Source of the DNA: an uncultured delta proteobacterium
GTDB taxonomy: Bacteria > Desulfobacterota > Binatia > UBA9968
DNA: 64,000 nucleotides
NCBI GenBank assembly: GCA_963755715.1
Contig: CAVWLW010000068.1
Span: 1 to 64,000, forward strand
Direction: 5' to 3'
Made by a program: the position numbers and the translations under genes. The notes under the pieces are model-generated. The model ran no database searches and was not told where the DNA came from. It saw only the letters and a list, made by a program, of their open reading frames with translations. Position 1 is the first letter of the stretch. Every line of letters begins with the position of its first letter. Shown in pieces: positions 45,531-55,799 of the stretch.

Positions 45531-46511
45531 TTACCGAGGCAGCGCTTTTCTGGCTTCTTCAAGATAGCTGGAATCGACGATGTCCTCCGGTTTGGGCAAA
45601 GGTTTTTTCAGCGCGCCTTCCTCGGCGATCAGATTGAGCACCGTTTGTACGCCTTTTAGGTTGACCTCGCCGTTGCGCGGCCAGATCTGTGTCTGCGTGT
45701 AAGTCTCCCAGGACTTGGCAATATACTTCGGGTCGAGCTTGGTGATGCCAGGAAGAATTTTGATCGCTTCTTCCCGATTGTCGTGCAGCCATCGGTAAGT
45801 GGACACCAGCGCTTTTGAGTACCGCACCACGATACTGCGATTTTTCTGTGCCCAGCCTTCGCGCGCGCCGATCGCCGAGAGCTGGTAGTCGGGCATGAGC
45901 TTATAGGCATCCCCTAAATTGCTAAGACCCTGCTCGACGGCCATGATACTCAGCGGCTGCGCCAGCAAAGCGGCGTCGACCTGGCCGCTCTGCAAGGCCG
46001 TGAACTGCGGCGTCGAACCGCCGATCGACAATAGACTGTAATCCCTTGGATAAAGGACGCCGCGCTCCTTGAGCATCTGTTTCATCATCAACGCGGCGGC
46101 AGAGGTAATGCCGGACATAGCCAATTTGGTCCCGCCTTTAAGATCCTCCATTTTTTTGTACTTGGGCAAGGCGATGAGCGAATAGGTAGTGCCGTTGAAC
46201 GAACCGGCGATCAGCTTAATGTCACGGTTGCCTTGCTGCAGAAGTACGGCCAGCAAGTTCGGCGGCACGTTGCCGAACTGAAGCGAATCGGAGATCAGAG
46301 CCTGAACGATTTGCTCGTTCCGACTGATGATGACGATCTCGGGGTAGAGACCTTCGCGCTTGAAAAAGCCTTTTTCTTTCGCGACGAAAACCGGCGCGTA
46401 GCCAAACGTTGCGGCGATGATGCCGATGCGAATGACATCGTCGGCCTTGATCAGCTGGGGACAAATAAAAACCAGAGATAGCGCGAACAAACCCAGTTGT
46501 ATGTGTCTCAT
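45531..46511 (-). CDS. NMT1/SsuA-type solute-binding protein
   Basis: VAKEKGFFKREGL, ALQSGQVDA, IVDSSYLEEA. Confidence 0.9.
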   Translation of the reverse strand: MRHIQLGLFALSLVFICPQLIKADDVIRIGIIAATFGYAPVFVAKEKGFFKREGLYPEIVIISRNEQIVQALISDSLQFGNVPPNLLAVLLQQGNRDIKLIAGSFNGTTYSLIALPKYKKMEDLKGGTKLAMSGITSAAALMMKQMLKERGVLYPRDYSLLSIGGSTPQFTALQSGQVDAALLAQPLSIMAVEQGLSNLGDAYKLMPDYQLSAIGAREGWAQKNRSIVVRYSKALVSTYRWLHDNREEAIKILPGITKLDPKYIAKSWETYTQTQIWPRNGEVNLKGVQTVLNLIAEEGALKKPLPKPEDIVDSSYLEEARKALPR

Positions 46512-46852
46512 CGGTCATCGATCCGCTACTCCCTTCAAAATAGCCCAATCCATTACCCGCACTCTGCACGCAAGGAGTGAAACGGTCAAGTTGTGACACA
46601 ACGACATGGCAGCCCCTCGTTGGATTAATCAATTTTGCCCCCGCGGCGGTGCAGAGTTCGCTGAGATTTAAGGAAAAGAGTTCGGCGGGTTGGGTCCCTT
46701 TCCACCGGTCCAAAGCTGATGCCCGACCGATTTTCCGATTGCCGTGCAGAAATAAAAGCTTACTTTAATTGATCCCTTGTTTCATCTTCACGTCAGAAGA
46801 AATAGAATCGTGCTAACCGCATCCTGATCCAGTTTATCGCCGGGTGACCGTA

Positions 46853-48472
46853 ATGAATGTCTTGATGCTTTACCCGAAATTCCCTGAGCAGACTTTTTGG
46901 AATACCGCGCGTTCGGTGAAACTTCTCTGGGGCCGCAAGGCGATCATGCCGCCGCTGGGGCTCCTCACCATCGCTAGTTATCTGCCGGAAGATTTTTCTC
47001 TGCGCCTGATCGATCGCAACGTCGCCGCAGAATCGGATTCCGACTGGGCGTGGGCAGATGTTGTTTTTCTGAGCGTCATGATGGCGCAGCGGGACGATTA
47101 CCGCGAATGCGTGGCCAATGCCAAAATGCGCGGCAAGCCGATTGCGGTCGGGGGTCCTTTTACCCATGCGCTGCCGGAGGACGCCTGCGCCGATGCCGAT
47201 TGGGTCTGCTTCGGTGAAGCGGAAGATATCATGGAGCAGTTGGTGAGCGACTTGCGCGCCGACCGCCGCGGGCAAAGGTATCAAGGCGGAGCGGGTACGA
47301 ACATGGAGCGCGTCAAGATTCCGCGCTTCGAGCTTTTACCCGACGTGAATGACTACGCCACGATGGCGCTGCAATTCTCGCGCGGCTGTCCTTTCAAGTG
47401 TGAGTTCTGCGACATCATCGAGATTTACGGCCGCGTGCCGCGGACGAAAACCCCTTCGCAGGTCTGCGCCGAGCTGGCGGAGGTCGAACGGCTGGGCTTT
47501 CAAGGTTACATTTTTTTGGTCGATGACAATTTCATCGGCAACAAGAGAAAAGCCAAAGAAATGCTCGCCGAGCTGGCAACGTGGAATCGCGAACATCATT
47601 ATCCGTTTCGCTATTACACCGAAGCTTCGATCAATCTGGCCGACGATGACGAGCTCCTCGAGCGCATGCGCCAAGCCGGTTTCTTCCACGTTTTCATCGG
47701 CATCGAGACGCCGGACCCCAAGCTGCTGAAAACCACGCAGAAGATGCAGAATATTCCCGGCAGTCCGTTGGCGAAGCTGGCGCGCGTTCGCCGACAGGGT
47801 CTCCACGTCACCGCGGGTTTTATCGTTGGCTTCGACGGCGAAGAGCGCGGCGTTTTCGAGGCACAACGCCAATTCATCCAAGCTTCCGGTATCGGCGTGG
47901 CCATGGTCGGCTTGCTGCAGGCCATTCCTCACACCCAGCTTTCACGGCGCTTGAAAGCGGAAGGGCGTTTATTGGAAACACTCAGCTCGACCGGCAATCA
48001 TACGGTGGAGGGAATCAATTTTATCCCGAAGGGCGAGATGACCAAACGCGAGTATCTGGAAAGCTATCGCGAACTCGTGCGCGATATCTTTCAACCGCGG
48101 GCCTATTTCGCGCGAACCGTGCCTGCTTTGCTGGAGCTACAGGCAAGAGCGCCGCTCGGCGCGGTGCGCCGCCATGGGGCGCAATTGTTTCGGGTTCTTC
48201 TGAAGGAATCCTATTATTTTGGTCTGCGCGCACAGGCAATCCGGTCTTATTTTTGGCAGGCTCTTTGGCAAATACTGTGGAAGCGGCCGGCCGCGCTCGA
48301 GTCGTTCGTCTTCGACTGTGCGGTTTTTCACCATCTGCATGAGCACGCCGATTACATCCAGCGCGAGCTTGCCCAGTACCTTGCCACGCCTCATCCGGAT
48401 GACGTGCTCGACGCCGTCATCGACCCGAATGATGCGCCGGCTTCGCACCGGATGGGTGCGGTCGGCAGTTAG
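46853..48472 (+). CDS. B12-binding radical SAM protein (DUF4070-type)
   Basis: PPLGLLTIA, SRGCPFKCEFC, FLVDDNFIGN, GFIVGFD. Confidence 0.92.
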   Translation: MNVLMLYPKFPEQTFWNTARSVKLLWGRKAIMPPLGLLTIASYLPEDFSLRLIDRNVAAESDSDWAWADVVFLSVMMAQRDDYRECVANAKMRGKPIAVGGPFTHALPEDACADADWVCFGEAEDIMEQLVSDLRADRRGQRYQGGAGTNMERVKIPRFELLPDVNDYATMALQFSRGCPFKCEFCDIIEIYGRVPRTKTPSQVCAELAEVERLGFQGYIFLVDDNFIGNKRKAKEMLAELATWNREHHYPFRYYTEASINLADDDELLERMRQAGFFHVFIGIETPDPKLLKTTQKMQNIPGSPLAKLARVRRQGLHVTAGFIVGFDGEERGVFEAQRQFIQASGIGVAMVGLLQAIPHTQLSRRLKAEGRLLETLSSTGNHTVEGINFIPKGEMTKREYLESYRELVRDIFQPRAYFARTVPALLELQARAPLGAVRRHGAQLFRVLLKESYYFGLRAQAIRSYFWQALWQILWKRPAALESFVFDCAVFHHLHEHADYIQRELAQYLATPHPDDVLDAVIDPNDAPASHRMGAVGS

Positions 48473-48547
48473 AATTCCCGATTCTTGCCAGTGCAAAAGC
48501 GCGGGGCTCGCTGAGGAAAATCGTAACAAATTCACTCATGGCGCGGC

Positions 48548-49510
48548 TTACTTGCCGCCTTTTTTATCCAGCTCCGCGACAAAGCGCATATCCAGGAAAT
48601 CGTCCGCCTTGGCAGTTTTCGCCGCCGGGTCGGGGATCTCTGCGAGCACGGCCTCCATCCCTTTGCGGCTCACGTAAGGCGGATACTCTAAATAATCGCG
48701 AAACTGATTATAAGTATCTTCCTGGATTTCCGGCTCTTTCACCTTTAATTGATTCTGGATCATTTTGAGCGCGGCGCTTTTGTTGGTCTTAAACATTTGC
48801 ACGCCTTCGGCGTAAGCGCGCACCACGCGCCGCACCGTGTCTTCATTAGCCTTGATATAGTTCCGGCTGCTTCCGACGGCGACGGAAACGAATTCCGGAC
48901 CTTCCTTGGCGACGTTCATCAACTCGACGAAACCGGCCTTTTTCGCGCGCGCGTTGGTCGGCGGTGACATGACGCCGGCGTCGATTTGGCCGGCCGCCAG
49001 CGCGGTGAAGATGTTCGGCACCTCCATCAAAGGCAAAATCTGATAATCCGACGGCTTCAAGCCAGCCGAACCGAGCGCGTAAAGCGCCGACGTATGAGTC
49101 GACGAGCCCACTCGGGTAATGCCGATCTTTTTACCTTTTAAATCCGCGATCCTTTTTATTTCCGGTTTTGCCATCAGCGAAAAGACCTGGCGATTGGTGG
49201 CGCCGGCAACCAGGGCCAAGTTCGCTCCTTTTAAGTTTGCCTGTGCGGCGTTTACACCATCCATAAACGAGAAAGCGATTTCACCGGCAAGAATGGCCTG
49301 GATGCCGCGCGAGCTCGACGGAATATGCAGCAGCTCGACCTCCAAGCCGTTTTTCTTAAATAGGCTTTCCTGCTGCGCCATGAACATGCCGCTTTGCGCG
49401 CCGGTGACCGCGGTCCAATTGAAGCGCACCGGGTTTTGCGCCGCTGCCTTATCGGACAGCAAAAAACTCAATGCCGCTACGGTCACTAGGTGCCAAATTC
49501 TAAGTTTCAT
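48548..49510 (-). CDS. NMT1/SsuA-type solute-binding protein
   Basis: FKKNGLEVE, DLKGKKIGITRVGS, FLDMRFVAELD. Confidence 0.9.
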   Translation of the reverse strand: MKLRIWHLVTVAALSFLLSDKAAAQNPVRFNWTAVTGAQSGMFMAQQESLFKKNGLEVELLHIPSSSRGIQAILAGEIAFSFMDGVNAAQANLKGANLALVAGATNRQVFSLMAKPEIKRIADLKGKKIGITRVGSSTHTSALYALGSAGLKPSDYQILPLMEVPNIFTALAAGQIDAGVMSPPTNARAKKAGFVELMNVAKEGPEFVSVAVGSSRNYIKANEDTVRRVVRAYAEGVQMFKTNKSAALKMIQNQLKVKEPEIQEDTYNQFRDYLEYPPYVSRKGMEAVLAEIPDPAAKTAKADDFLDMRFVAELDKKGGK

Positions 49511-49632
49511 TATCGCTTCTTGAGCTCCCTTCGACTTTAAGCCAACTCTTGGAAATATCAGCACAAGCGTAACAATTCGCGCGGCTAATGCAACTGTTTG
49601 GTTTGGCCCTGGAAGCGTGGTAATTAGCCCTC

Positions 49633-50592
49633 ATGAGCAGGAAGATTCACCTCACCTTGGCGACCGGCGACTACGAAAGCATCCGCGCATTGAAAGAAGG
49701 AACGGTTAAACCCGACGGCATCGAGCTTACTGTCCTCACCGACATGAATTCCGATATCCGCCACTGGCGCATGTTGCGCAATCGCGAATTCGACGTCGCC
49801 GAGCTGTCGATGTCGAATTATTTGATGGCCAAGTATACCGACTTGCCCTTTGTCGCGATCCCGGTATTTCTCCATCGCCGTTTTCGCCACGGCTTTATTT
49901 TTCTCAACGCCGCCAAAGGCATCACCAAACCCAAGGATTTGATCGGCAAGAAAGTCGGGCTGCGCAACTTTCAAGCGACTGCCAATCTTTGGATTCGCGG
50001 CGTCTTGGAGCACGAGCACGGCGTGCCGCATCGCAGCATCGACTGGTTCAAGCAGGATGACGAAGAAGTCGATTGGACACCGCCGGGGGATTTAAAAATT
50101 CAGCGCACGGGCAAGAGCGTTGAGAAAATGTTGCTCGAAGGCGAACTAGACGCGCTGATCCACCCGGAAGTGATCCAGCCGATTCTCGATAAAGATAAGC
50201 GAGTGACGCGTTTGTTCCCCAATTATCGCGATTTGGAAATGGATTACTTCAAACGCACCGGCATTTTTCCGATTATGCACACCACCGCGATCAAGCAGGA
50301 GATCGTCGACAAATATCCCTGGATACCGATTAACCTGATGCAAGCATTCGAGGAATCCAAAAAGATTGCTTACAAGCGCATGGAAAATCCGCGCATCGTG
50401 CCTTTGGCTTGGTTCCGCCACTTTCTCGAAGAACAGGAAGAAATCCTCGGCCAAGACCCTTGGGTTTACGGCCTTGGCGAGATCAACAAAAAAACTTTGG
50501 AGACGCTGATGCAATATTCACAGGAGCAGGGTCTTTTGGGCCGGAAAATGTCGCTCGACGAATTGTTTGTCGGCAGCGAAGCTCATTCATAA
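49633..50592 (+). CDS. 4,5-dihydroxyphthalate decarboxylase-like protein
   Basis: LTLATGDY..DGIEL, FDVAELSMS, IPVFLHRRFRH, TGIFPIMH, DPWVYG; no signal peptide. Confidence 0.8.
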   Translation: MSRKIHLTLATGDYESIRALKEGTVKPDGIELTVLTDMNSDIRHWRMLRNREFDVAELSMSNYLMAKYTDLPFVAIPVFLHRRFRHGFIFLNAAKGITKPKDLIGKKVGLRNFQATANLWIRGVLEHEHGVPHRSIDWFKQDDEEVDWTPPGDLKIQRTGKSVEKMLLEGELDALIHPEVIQPILDKDKRVTRLFPNYRDLEMDYFKRTGIFPIMHTTAIKQEIVDKYPWIPINLMQAFEESKKIAYKRMENPRIVPLAWFRHFLEEQEEILGQDPWVYGLGEINKKTLETLMQYSQEQGLLGRKMSLDELFVGSEAHS

Positions 50593-50594
50593 AT

Positions 50595-51302
50595 ATGGAA
50601 GCTGCCATCATCGCCGGCGTTGGACCGGGAACTGGAGCGGCGCTCGCGCGCGCGTTCGCCAAAGAAGGCTATGCGATCGGCTTGCTATCACGGCACGTGG
50701 AATCCAGTCAGCCAGTGGCTGACGAGATTCGCGCGCGCGGCGGCAAAGCGCTGGTTGTGCCGACCGATGTCACCGTCCGTCAGAGCGCACAAACCGCGGT
50801 CGCAGAAATTCGTAACCATTTCGGACCGATCACGGCATTGGCCCATAACGCCAGCGGTTACGGCCGCGCCAGTTTTCTGGAAATGGATCCTGAGCAAGTG
50901 CGCCAATCCTTTGACGCGAACGTGATGGGCGCTGTTTATTTAGCACAGGCTGTGATCCCCGACATGCTCAAGGCCGGGCATGGCTTCATCTCGCTCACCG
51001 GCGCCACCGCCGCGCTGCGTGGCCGCGCCGGCTTCGCGCCCTTGGCCATCGGCAAGTCGGGATTGCGCATGCTCGGCCAAGCGCTCGCGCGCGAGTTTCA
51101 CCCGAAAGGAATACACGTCGTGCATGTGATCGTCGACGGGCAAATCGACAACCCCAGGCTCCGTGCCAGGGAGCCAAATCGGCCGGTCGAAACCGTCATT
51201 CCGCCAAGCGCGATCGCCGACGCAATCATCGCCTGCCTGAGACAACCGCGCACCGCATGGTCTCAAGAAATCGACATTCGGCCCGCCGGCGAATCTTTTT
51301 AA
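50595..51302 (+). CDS. Short-chain dehydrogenase/reductase
   Basis: GVGPGTG, TGATAALRG, KGIHVVHVIVDGQI. Confidence 0.9.
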   Translation: MEAAIIAGVGPGTGAALARAFAKEGYAIGLLSRHVESSQPVADEIRARGGKALVVPTDVTVRQSAQTAVAEIRNHFGPITALAHNASGYGRASFLEMDPEQVRQSFDANVMGAVYLAQAVIPDMLKAGHGFISLTGATAALRGRAGFAPLAIGKSGLRMLGQALAREFHPKGIHVVHVIVDGQIDNPRLRAREPNRPVETVIPPSAIADAIIACLRQPRTAWSQEIDIRPAGESF

Positions 51303-51417
51303 CCGTTACTTCGGCGAGTTAAATCCGACATTGATCTTCGCCTTGTATTGGCGTAGATTTTCCACCTGTTAGATTTGTTTACACCAACTCGCGTGTAGCT
51401 TCGGAAAAGGAGGATTT

Positions 51418-51780
51418 ATGTTCGGCAAGGGAGTGTTTCAAGAAGAAGAGAACGTGCTCAGGAACATTATCCGCAGTATCGATAAGCGAGTCGATTATAG
51501 CGCAAAAGAGGGTGAAGGCTCGCGCTTCACGGTCCATGTCAAACTGCGCAATCGCGAAGCCGATGTCATACTCGATTTGGAGGATTTAAAAGCCGCCAAG
51601 TTAGATATGGTCAGACGGCACCAAATTCGCCAGAAAATCAAAGCTCGCTGCGATCACCTCGACAAATCGCGCTATGCTGACGATATTCTGGGGCTCAAAC
51701 CAGCACGAATTCTAAAAGCCGCGCCGAAGCCCGAACCGATGGCGCTGCGGGGCGGTTTCGGGCGTGGGCCGAGACGATAA
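51418..51780 (+). CDS. Hypothetical protein
   Basis: AGGAGG RBS; 120-aa ORF. Confidence 0.65.
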   Translation: MFGKGVFQEEENVLRNIIRSIDKRVDYSAKEGEGSRFTVHVKLRNREADVILDLEDLKAAKLDMVRRHQIRQKIKARCDHLDKSRYADDILGLKPARILKAAPKPEPMALRGGFGRGPRR

Positions 51781-51828
51781 ACTGCCAGCTTGTTATCTCG
51801 TGCATGAGCAAATTGACAGGACGGATTC

Positions 51829-52692
51829 TTGAGTAAAGGGCAATTGATACGCCAGGCACTGCACGCGCAAGGTCAGTTGATCATGCCCGGTGTCTACGAT
51901 GCGCTGAGCGCAAAGATCGCTGCGCGCGCTGGTTTCGAAGTAATCTTCATTACCGGTTACAGCCTCTCGGCGACGTTGCTGGGCGAGCCCGACTTCGGCC
52001 TGCTGACCCAAAGCGAAGTGGTCGGCGCCGCGCAGAGGATCTGCGCCGTGGTCGACACGCCGGTGATCGTCGACGCGGATACAGGATATGGCAACGCAAT
52101 CAACGTCATGAGAACAGTTCAAGATCTGATCCGCGCCGGCGCCGCAGGTATGTTTCTCGAGGATCAAGTCTGGCCCAAGCGCTGCGGCCACATGAAAGGC
52201 AAGCAGGTCATCGCGCTCGATGAACAACTAAAGAAATTGCGAGCCGCCGTAGAAGCAACGCAGGGAAGCGAATTCTTTATTGTCGCTCGCACCGACTCGC
52301 GCCAAGCGCTGGGTCTCACGGAGGCGATTACGCGCGGCTTAGCTTTTAAAGAAGCCGGCGCTGACGCGGTTTTTATCGAAGCGCCTGAATCAAAAGAAGA
52401 GATGAAGGAGATAGCGCATCAAGTACCGGGGCCGTTGGTGGCGAATATGCTCGAACGCGGTGTGACACCGCTGATGGGACCCAAAGAATTAAAAGAGCTG
52501 GGTTTTGACTTGATAGTTTGGCCGCTGGCGCCGCTTTATTCTGCCGCCCAGTCGCTGACCGAAGTTTACACGACCTTGCGCCGGGATGGCTCAACTCTCG
52601 CCATTTTGGATCGCTTGATGCCGTTCGATGACTTTAACCGCATCGTCGGGCTTGAGGAAAAATACGCGCTCGACGCCAAGTACCGAGGTTAG
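51829..52692 (+). CDS. Isocitrate lyase/PEP mutase family (PrpB/oxaloacetate decarboxylase-like)
   Basis: DADTGYG, EDQVWPKRCGH, ARTDS. Confidence 0.9.
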   Translation: MSKGQLIRQALHAQGQLIMPGVYDALSAKIAARAGFEVIFITGYSLSATLLGEPDFGLLTQSEVVGAAQRICAVVDTPVIVDADTGYGNAINVMRTVQDLIRAGAAGMFLEDQVWPKRCGHMKGKQVIALDEQLKKLRAAVEATQGSEFFIVARTDSRQALGLTEAITRGLAFKEAGADAVFIEAPESKEEMKEIAHQVPGPLVANMLERGVTPLMGPKELKELGFDLIVWPLAPLYSAAQSLTEVYTTLRRDGSTLAILDRLMPFDDFNRIVGLEEKYALDAKYRG

Positions 52693-52739
52693 TGCGCAAC
52701 TGCGAGATTTGACGGGCAGTTAAGAATTCGTGCCGAATT

Positions 52740-53846
52740 TTACAATCGCATCGGCATCAACACATAAAGGTAGTTATCGACTCCGGCTTTGCGAATCACG
52801 CTTGGACTCAGTTCGTCTTTAAGCTCGATATCGATTTCGCCGTCCCCGCCGAGCACACCCAACACGTCGATCAAATAACGCGCATTAAAACCGATCGACA
52901 GAGTTTTGCCCTTATATTCGGCCTCGATTTCTTCGACCGCTTCCCCTAGATCGGGATTGTTCGCCGAAATCGAAACCTTGTCGTCGGAAAACTCCATGCG
53001 GATTCCTTTGTAACGCTCGCTTGAAAGAATCGACACCCGACGCAACGCTTGCAGCAGCTCGTCATGTTCGAGCTTGGCGATATTTGGGTTACCTTTCGGG
53101 ATCACCTTGGTATAATCCGGGAAATCGCCGTCAATCAGTCGCATGAAAAGCTCTATTTTATCTTTTATGACAAGGCCCATGTTTTCTTTGAAACCTAACG
53201 AAACGACTCCTTCGGTGCCGGCTTCGAGTAACTTCTTAAGCTCCGCCAAGCCTTTGCGCGGCAGTATGACGCCTTTCGATAATCCCAAACTTCCGACCGT
53301 CTTTTCTTCAAAGGCCAGTCGATGACCGTCGGTCGCAACCATTCTTATCTTGCCACCGTCCCCTTCTTCGACAAACACGCCATTCAAGCTATAACGCGTT
53401 TCGTCCATCGAAACCGAAAATATCGTCCGCTCGATCATTTCATGAACTGTCGCCGCCGGCGTCGAAGACAGAGACTTGGCATCGAATTTAGGAAACTGGG
53501 GAAACTCCTTCGCATCCATGCCGACGATTTTAAACACCGATTTGCCGCTGCGGATCTCAACCCAGTCGTTGTCCAGTCGTTTTAGCTGCACCTGCTCGTT
53601 GGGAACTTCTCGGATTATCTCGTAAATCTTTTTCGCGTTGACGGTGACGGTGCCTTCTTTGACGACTTCGGCGTCAACTGATCCTCTGACCCCGACTTCC
53701 AAGTCCGTAGCGGTAACCCGAACCGAACCTTTTTGTGCTTCAATCAAGACGTTGCCGAGTATCGGCATCGTGTTGCGCCGTTCGACAATACTTTGAGTCC
53801 AATAAAGCGTTGCGAGAAGCTCATCCCGCTTGGCCTTAATTTCCAT
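52740..53846 (-). CDS. dnaN: DNA polymerase III beta clamp
   Basis: TMPILGNV, ATDLE, ATDGHRL, GFNARYL, LMPMRL. Confidence 0.97.
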   Translation of the reverse strand: MEIKAKRDELLATLYWTQSIVERRNTMPILGNVLIEAQKGSVRVTATDLEVGVRGSVDAEVVKEGTVTVNAKKIYEIIREVPNEQVQLKRLDNDWVEIRSGKSVFKIVGMDAKEFPQFPKFDAKSLSSTPAATVHEMIERTIFSVSMDETRYSLNGVFVEEGDGGKIRMVATDGHRLAFEEKTVGSLGLSKGVILPRKGLAELKKLLEAGTEGVVSLGFKENMGLVIKDKIELFMRLIDGDFPDYTKVIPKGNPNIAKLEHDELLQALRRVSILSSERYKGIRMEFSDDKVSISANNPDLGEAVEEIEAEYKGKTLSIGFNARYLIDVLGVLGGDGEIDIELKDELSPSVIRKAGVDNYLYVLMPMRL

Positions 53847-53867
53847 ACATCCTCCGCTCACTCCTGT

Positions 53868-54070
53868 TTCTATCTATATATATAAATTTCAGAAGTAATA
53901 GTAGGGGCTGTGAACAAAGTGGAAAAGGGCAATTTACTGAAAGAAATTGGGGATGTGAGCTGTGGTCTATTCAGCGGCGATAAGCCGCTTTTCAACCGAT
54001 TTACGTCGTCGAACGCGTTGCCGCAAAGTCATCCACAGCGCTGTCATCGGTTGATCACAGCTTATTCACA
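53868..54070. other. oriC unwinding sub-region: AT run, DnaA-trios, GC spacer, tandem DnaA boxes
   Basis: TATCTATATATATAAATTT-CAGAAGTAATAGTAG-GGGC-TGTGAACAA-AGTGGAAAA; further boxes TCATCCACA and TTATTCACA. Confidence 0.85.
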
Positions 54071-55406
54071 ACCTTTTGCGAATATTCAGATTGCGCTCGA
54101 GTTTTTCGATCGTCGTTTGCATGTGCGGGTCTTCTTTGATCTTGCGCTCAATGGTTTTCGACGCGTGGATGACCGTGGAGTGATCGCGCCCGCCGAATTT
54201 ATCGCCGATCGCTGGAAAGGAGGTCTCGGTATATTTGCGGCAGAGATACATCGCCACCTGGCGCGGCATGGCGATGTTCTGAGTGCGCCTCTTTGCTTTT
54301 AAGTCGCCGATTTTGAGGTTGAAATAATCGCAGATCGTCTTTTGAATATTTTCCACCGTGATTTCTCTCTGGGCGCTCTTCAAGGTGTTACGAAGGACAT
54401 CCTTGGCAAGATCGACGGTTATCGTCGCTTTGGTCAAAGAAGCAAAGGCGCCAAGACGAGTCAGCGAGCCTTCGAGCTCGCGCACGTTCGAGTCGATATT
54501 CGAGGCCAGGAAAAATCCCACCTCCTGAGGTAGCTTGACCCCCTCTTCTTCAGCTTTCTTTTGTAAGATCGCCACTCGCGTCTCCATGTCCGGCGGCTGG
54601 ATGTCGGCAATCAATCCCCACTCGAAACGATTGCGCAGGCGGTCCTCGATTCCCGGAATTTCTTTGGGAAATTTGTCCGATGTGATGACGATCTGTTTGT
54701 GCGATTCGTAGAGGGAATTGAAGGTGTGAAAAAACTCCTCTTGGGTTCGTTCTTTCCCAGCGATGAACTGGACATCATCCAGGATCAGAATGTCGACGTT
54801 TCTGAATTTCTTTTTAAACTCGTCCATCTTGTCTCTTCGGAGTGATGCAATCAGTTCGTTCATGAAGGACTCAGAACTGAGATAGACGACTTTCAAGGCG
54901 GGTCTTTGGGCCACGGCTTGATGCCCGATGGCGTTTACCAGATGAGTCTTGCCGAGACCGACCCCGCCATAGATGAATAGAGGATTGTAGTGATCGCCGG
55001 GCTGGTTGGCGACGGCAACGCAGGCGGCGTGGGCGAATTGATTGCTTGCGCCCACAACGAAGTTTTGAAACGTATATTTGGCAACTAGATTATTATTTCG
55101 CTGGGGTTTTTCGCGCTCTTTTTCATCTTTTTTCAGCGGTTTTTCAATGTTCGATTGGCCAGCCAATTTGTCATTGATCTCGAAAACAACTTTCACGTCT
55201 TGCTTGGCCAAGGATCTCAGGGTGGTCTCGATTTCCGCTAGGTAATGCTCCATCAACCATTCACGGAAAAATTTACTCGGCACATCGAGAAGAATCTCGT
55301 TTTTGTTTCTCGAGACAAAGGAAATCGGCTTTATCCAAGTCTCGAAGTTTTGCTTACCAATCCGCTCTTTTATTTCTGCTACAGCCGTGGTCCACAGCTC
55401 GGGCAT
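54066..55406 (-). CDS. dnaA: Chromosomal replication initiator DnaA
   Basis: YNPLFIYGGVGLGKTHL, DDVQF, RELEG, GGRDHSTV. Confidence 0.98.
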   Translation of the reverse strand: MPELWTTAVAEIKERIGKQNFETWIKPISFVSRNKNEILLDVPSKFFREWLMEHYLAEIETTLRSLAKQDVKVVFEINDKLAGQSNIEKPLKKDEKEREKPQRNNNLVAKYTFQNFVVGASNQFAHAACVAVANQPGDHYNPLFIYGGVGLGKTHLVNAIGHQAVAQRPALKVVYLSSESFMNELIASLRRDKMDEFKKKFRNVDILILDDVQFIAGKERTQEEFFHTFNSLYESHKQIVITSDKFPKEIPGIEDRLRNRFEWGLIADIQPPDMETRVAILQKKAEEEGVKLPQEVGFFLASNIDSNVRELEGSLTRLGAFASLTKATITVDLAKDVLRNTLKSAQREITVENIQKTICDYFNLKIGDLKAKRRTQNIAMPRQVAMYLCRKYTETSFPAIGDKFGGRDHSTVIHASKTIERKIKEDPHMQTTIEKLERNLNIRKRL

Positions 55407-55453
55407 AATAACACCGCTATCTAGTTGAAAGGTTGAGATAAACGTGAAAATAG

Positions 55454-55760
55454 TTACACACAAAGTTATCCACAGCTGTGGATAACTTGATGAGGGCGCG
55501 ATTTTTCTGGTTTGAGTAAAAAAGTAATCAAGACGAAAACACTCAATCAATAAGACGGCCGGTCATCATCGCGACGCTCGCTGAAAAAAATCATTGGCTA
55601 ATCGATAATGGATAAGCATTTTTTCTCGCCGTATCGGAGAAAAATCGCAGTGAAAAAGATGCGTCGAATATTCGAGAAAATTTTTAATAGTCCTTTTCAA
55701 ATTTCTTTGCAAGAAAAAAGAAATAATAAAATATTTTTCTGAGCTTTGATTCACCTTGAC
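55454..55760. other. oriC upstream sub-region / dnaA promoter with DnaA boxes and AT-rich tract
   Basis: TTACACACA at 55454, perfect TTATCCACA at 55466 and TGTGGATAA at 55477; AT-rich 55670-55745. Confidence 0.85.
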
Positions 55761-55799
55761 AGGTTAGCGTCGTGGTGTTAGCACCATTCACCCGTTGTC

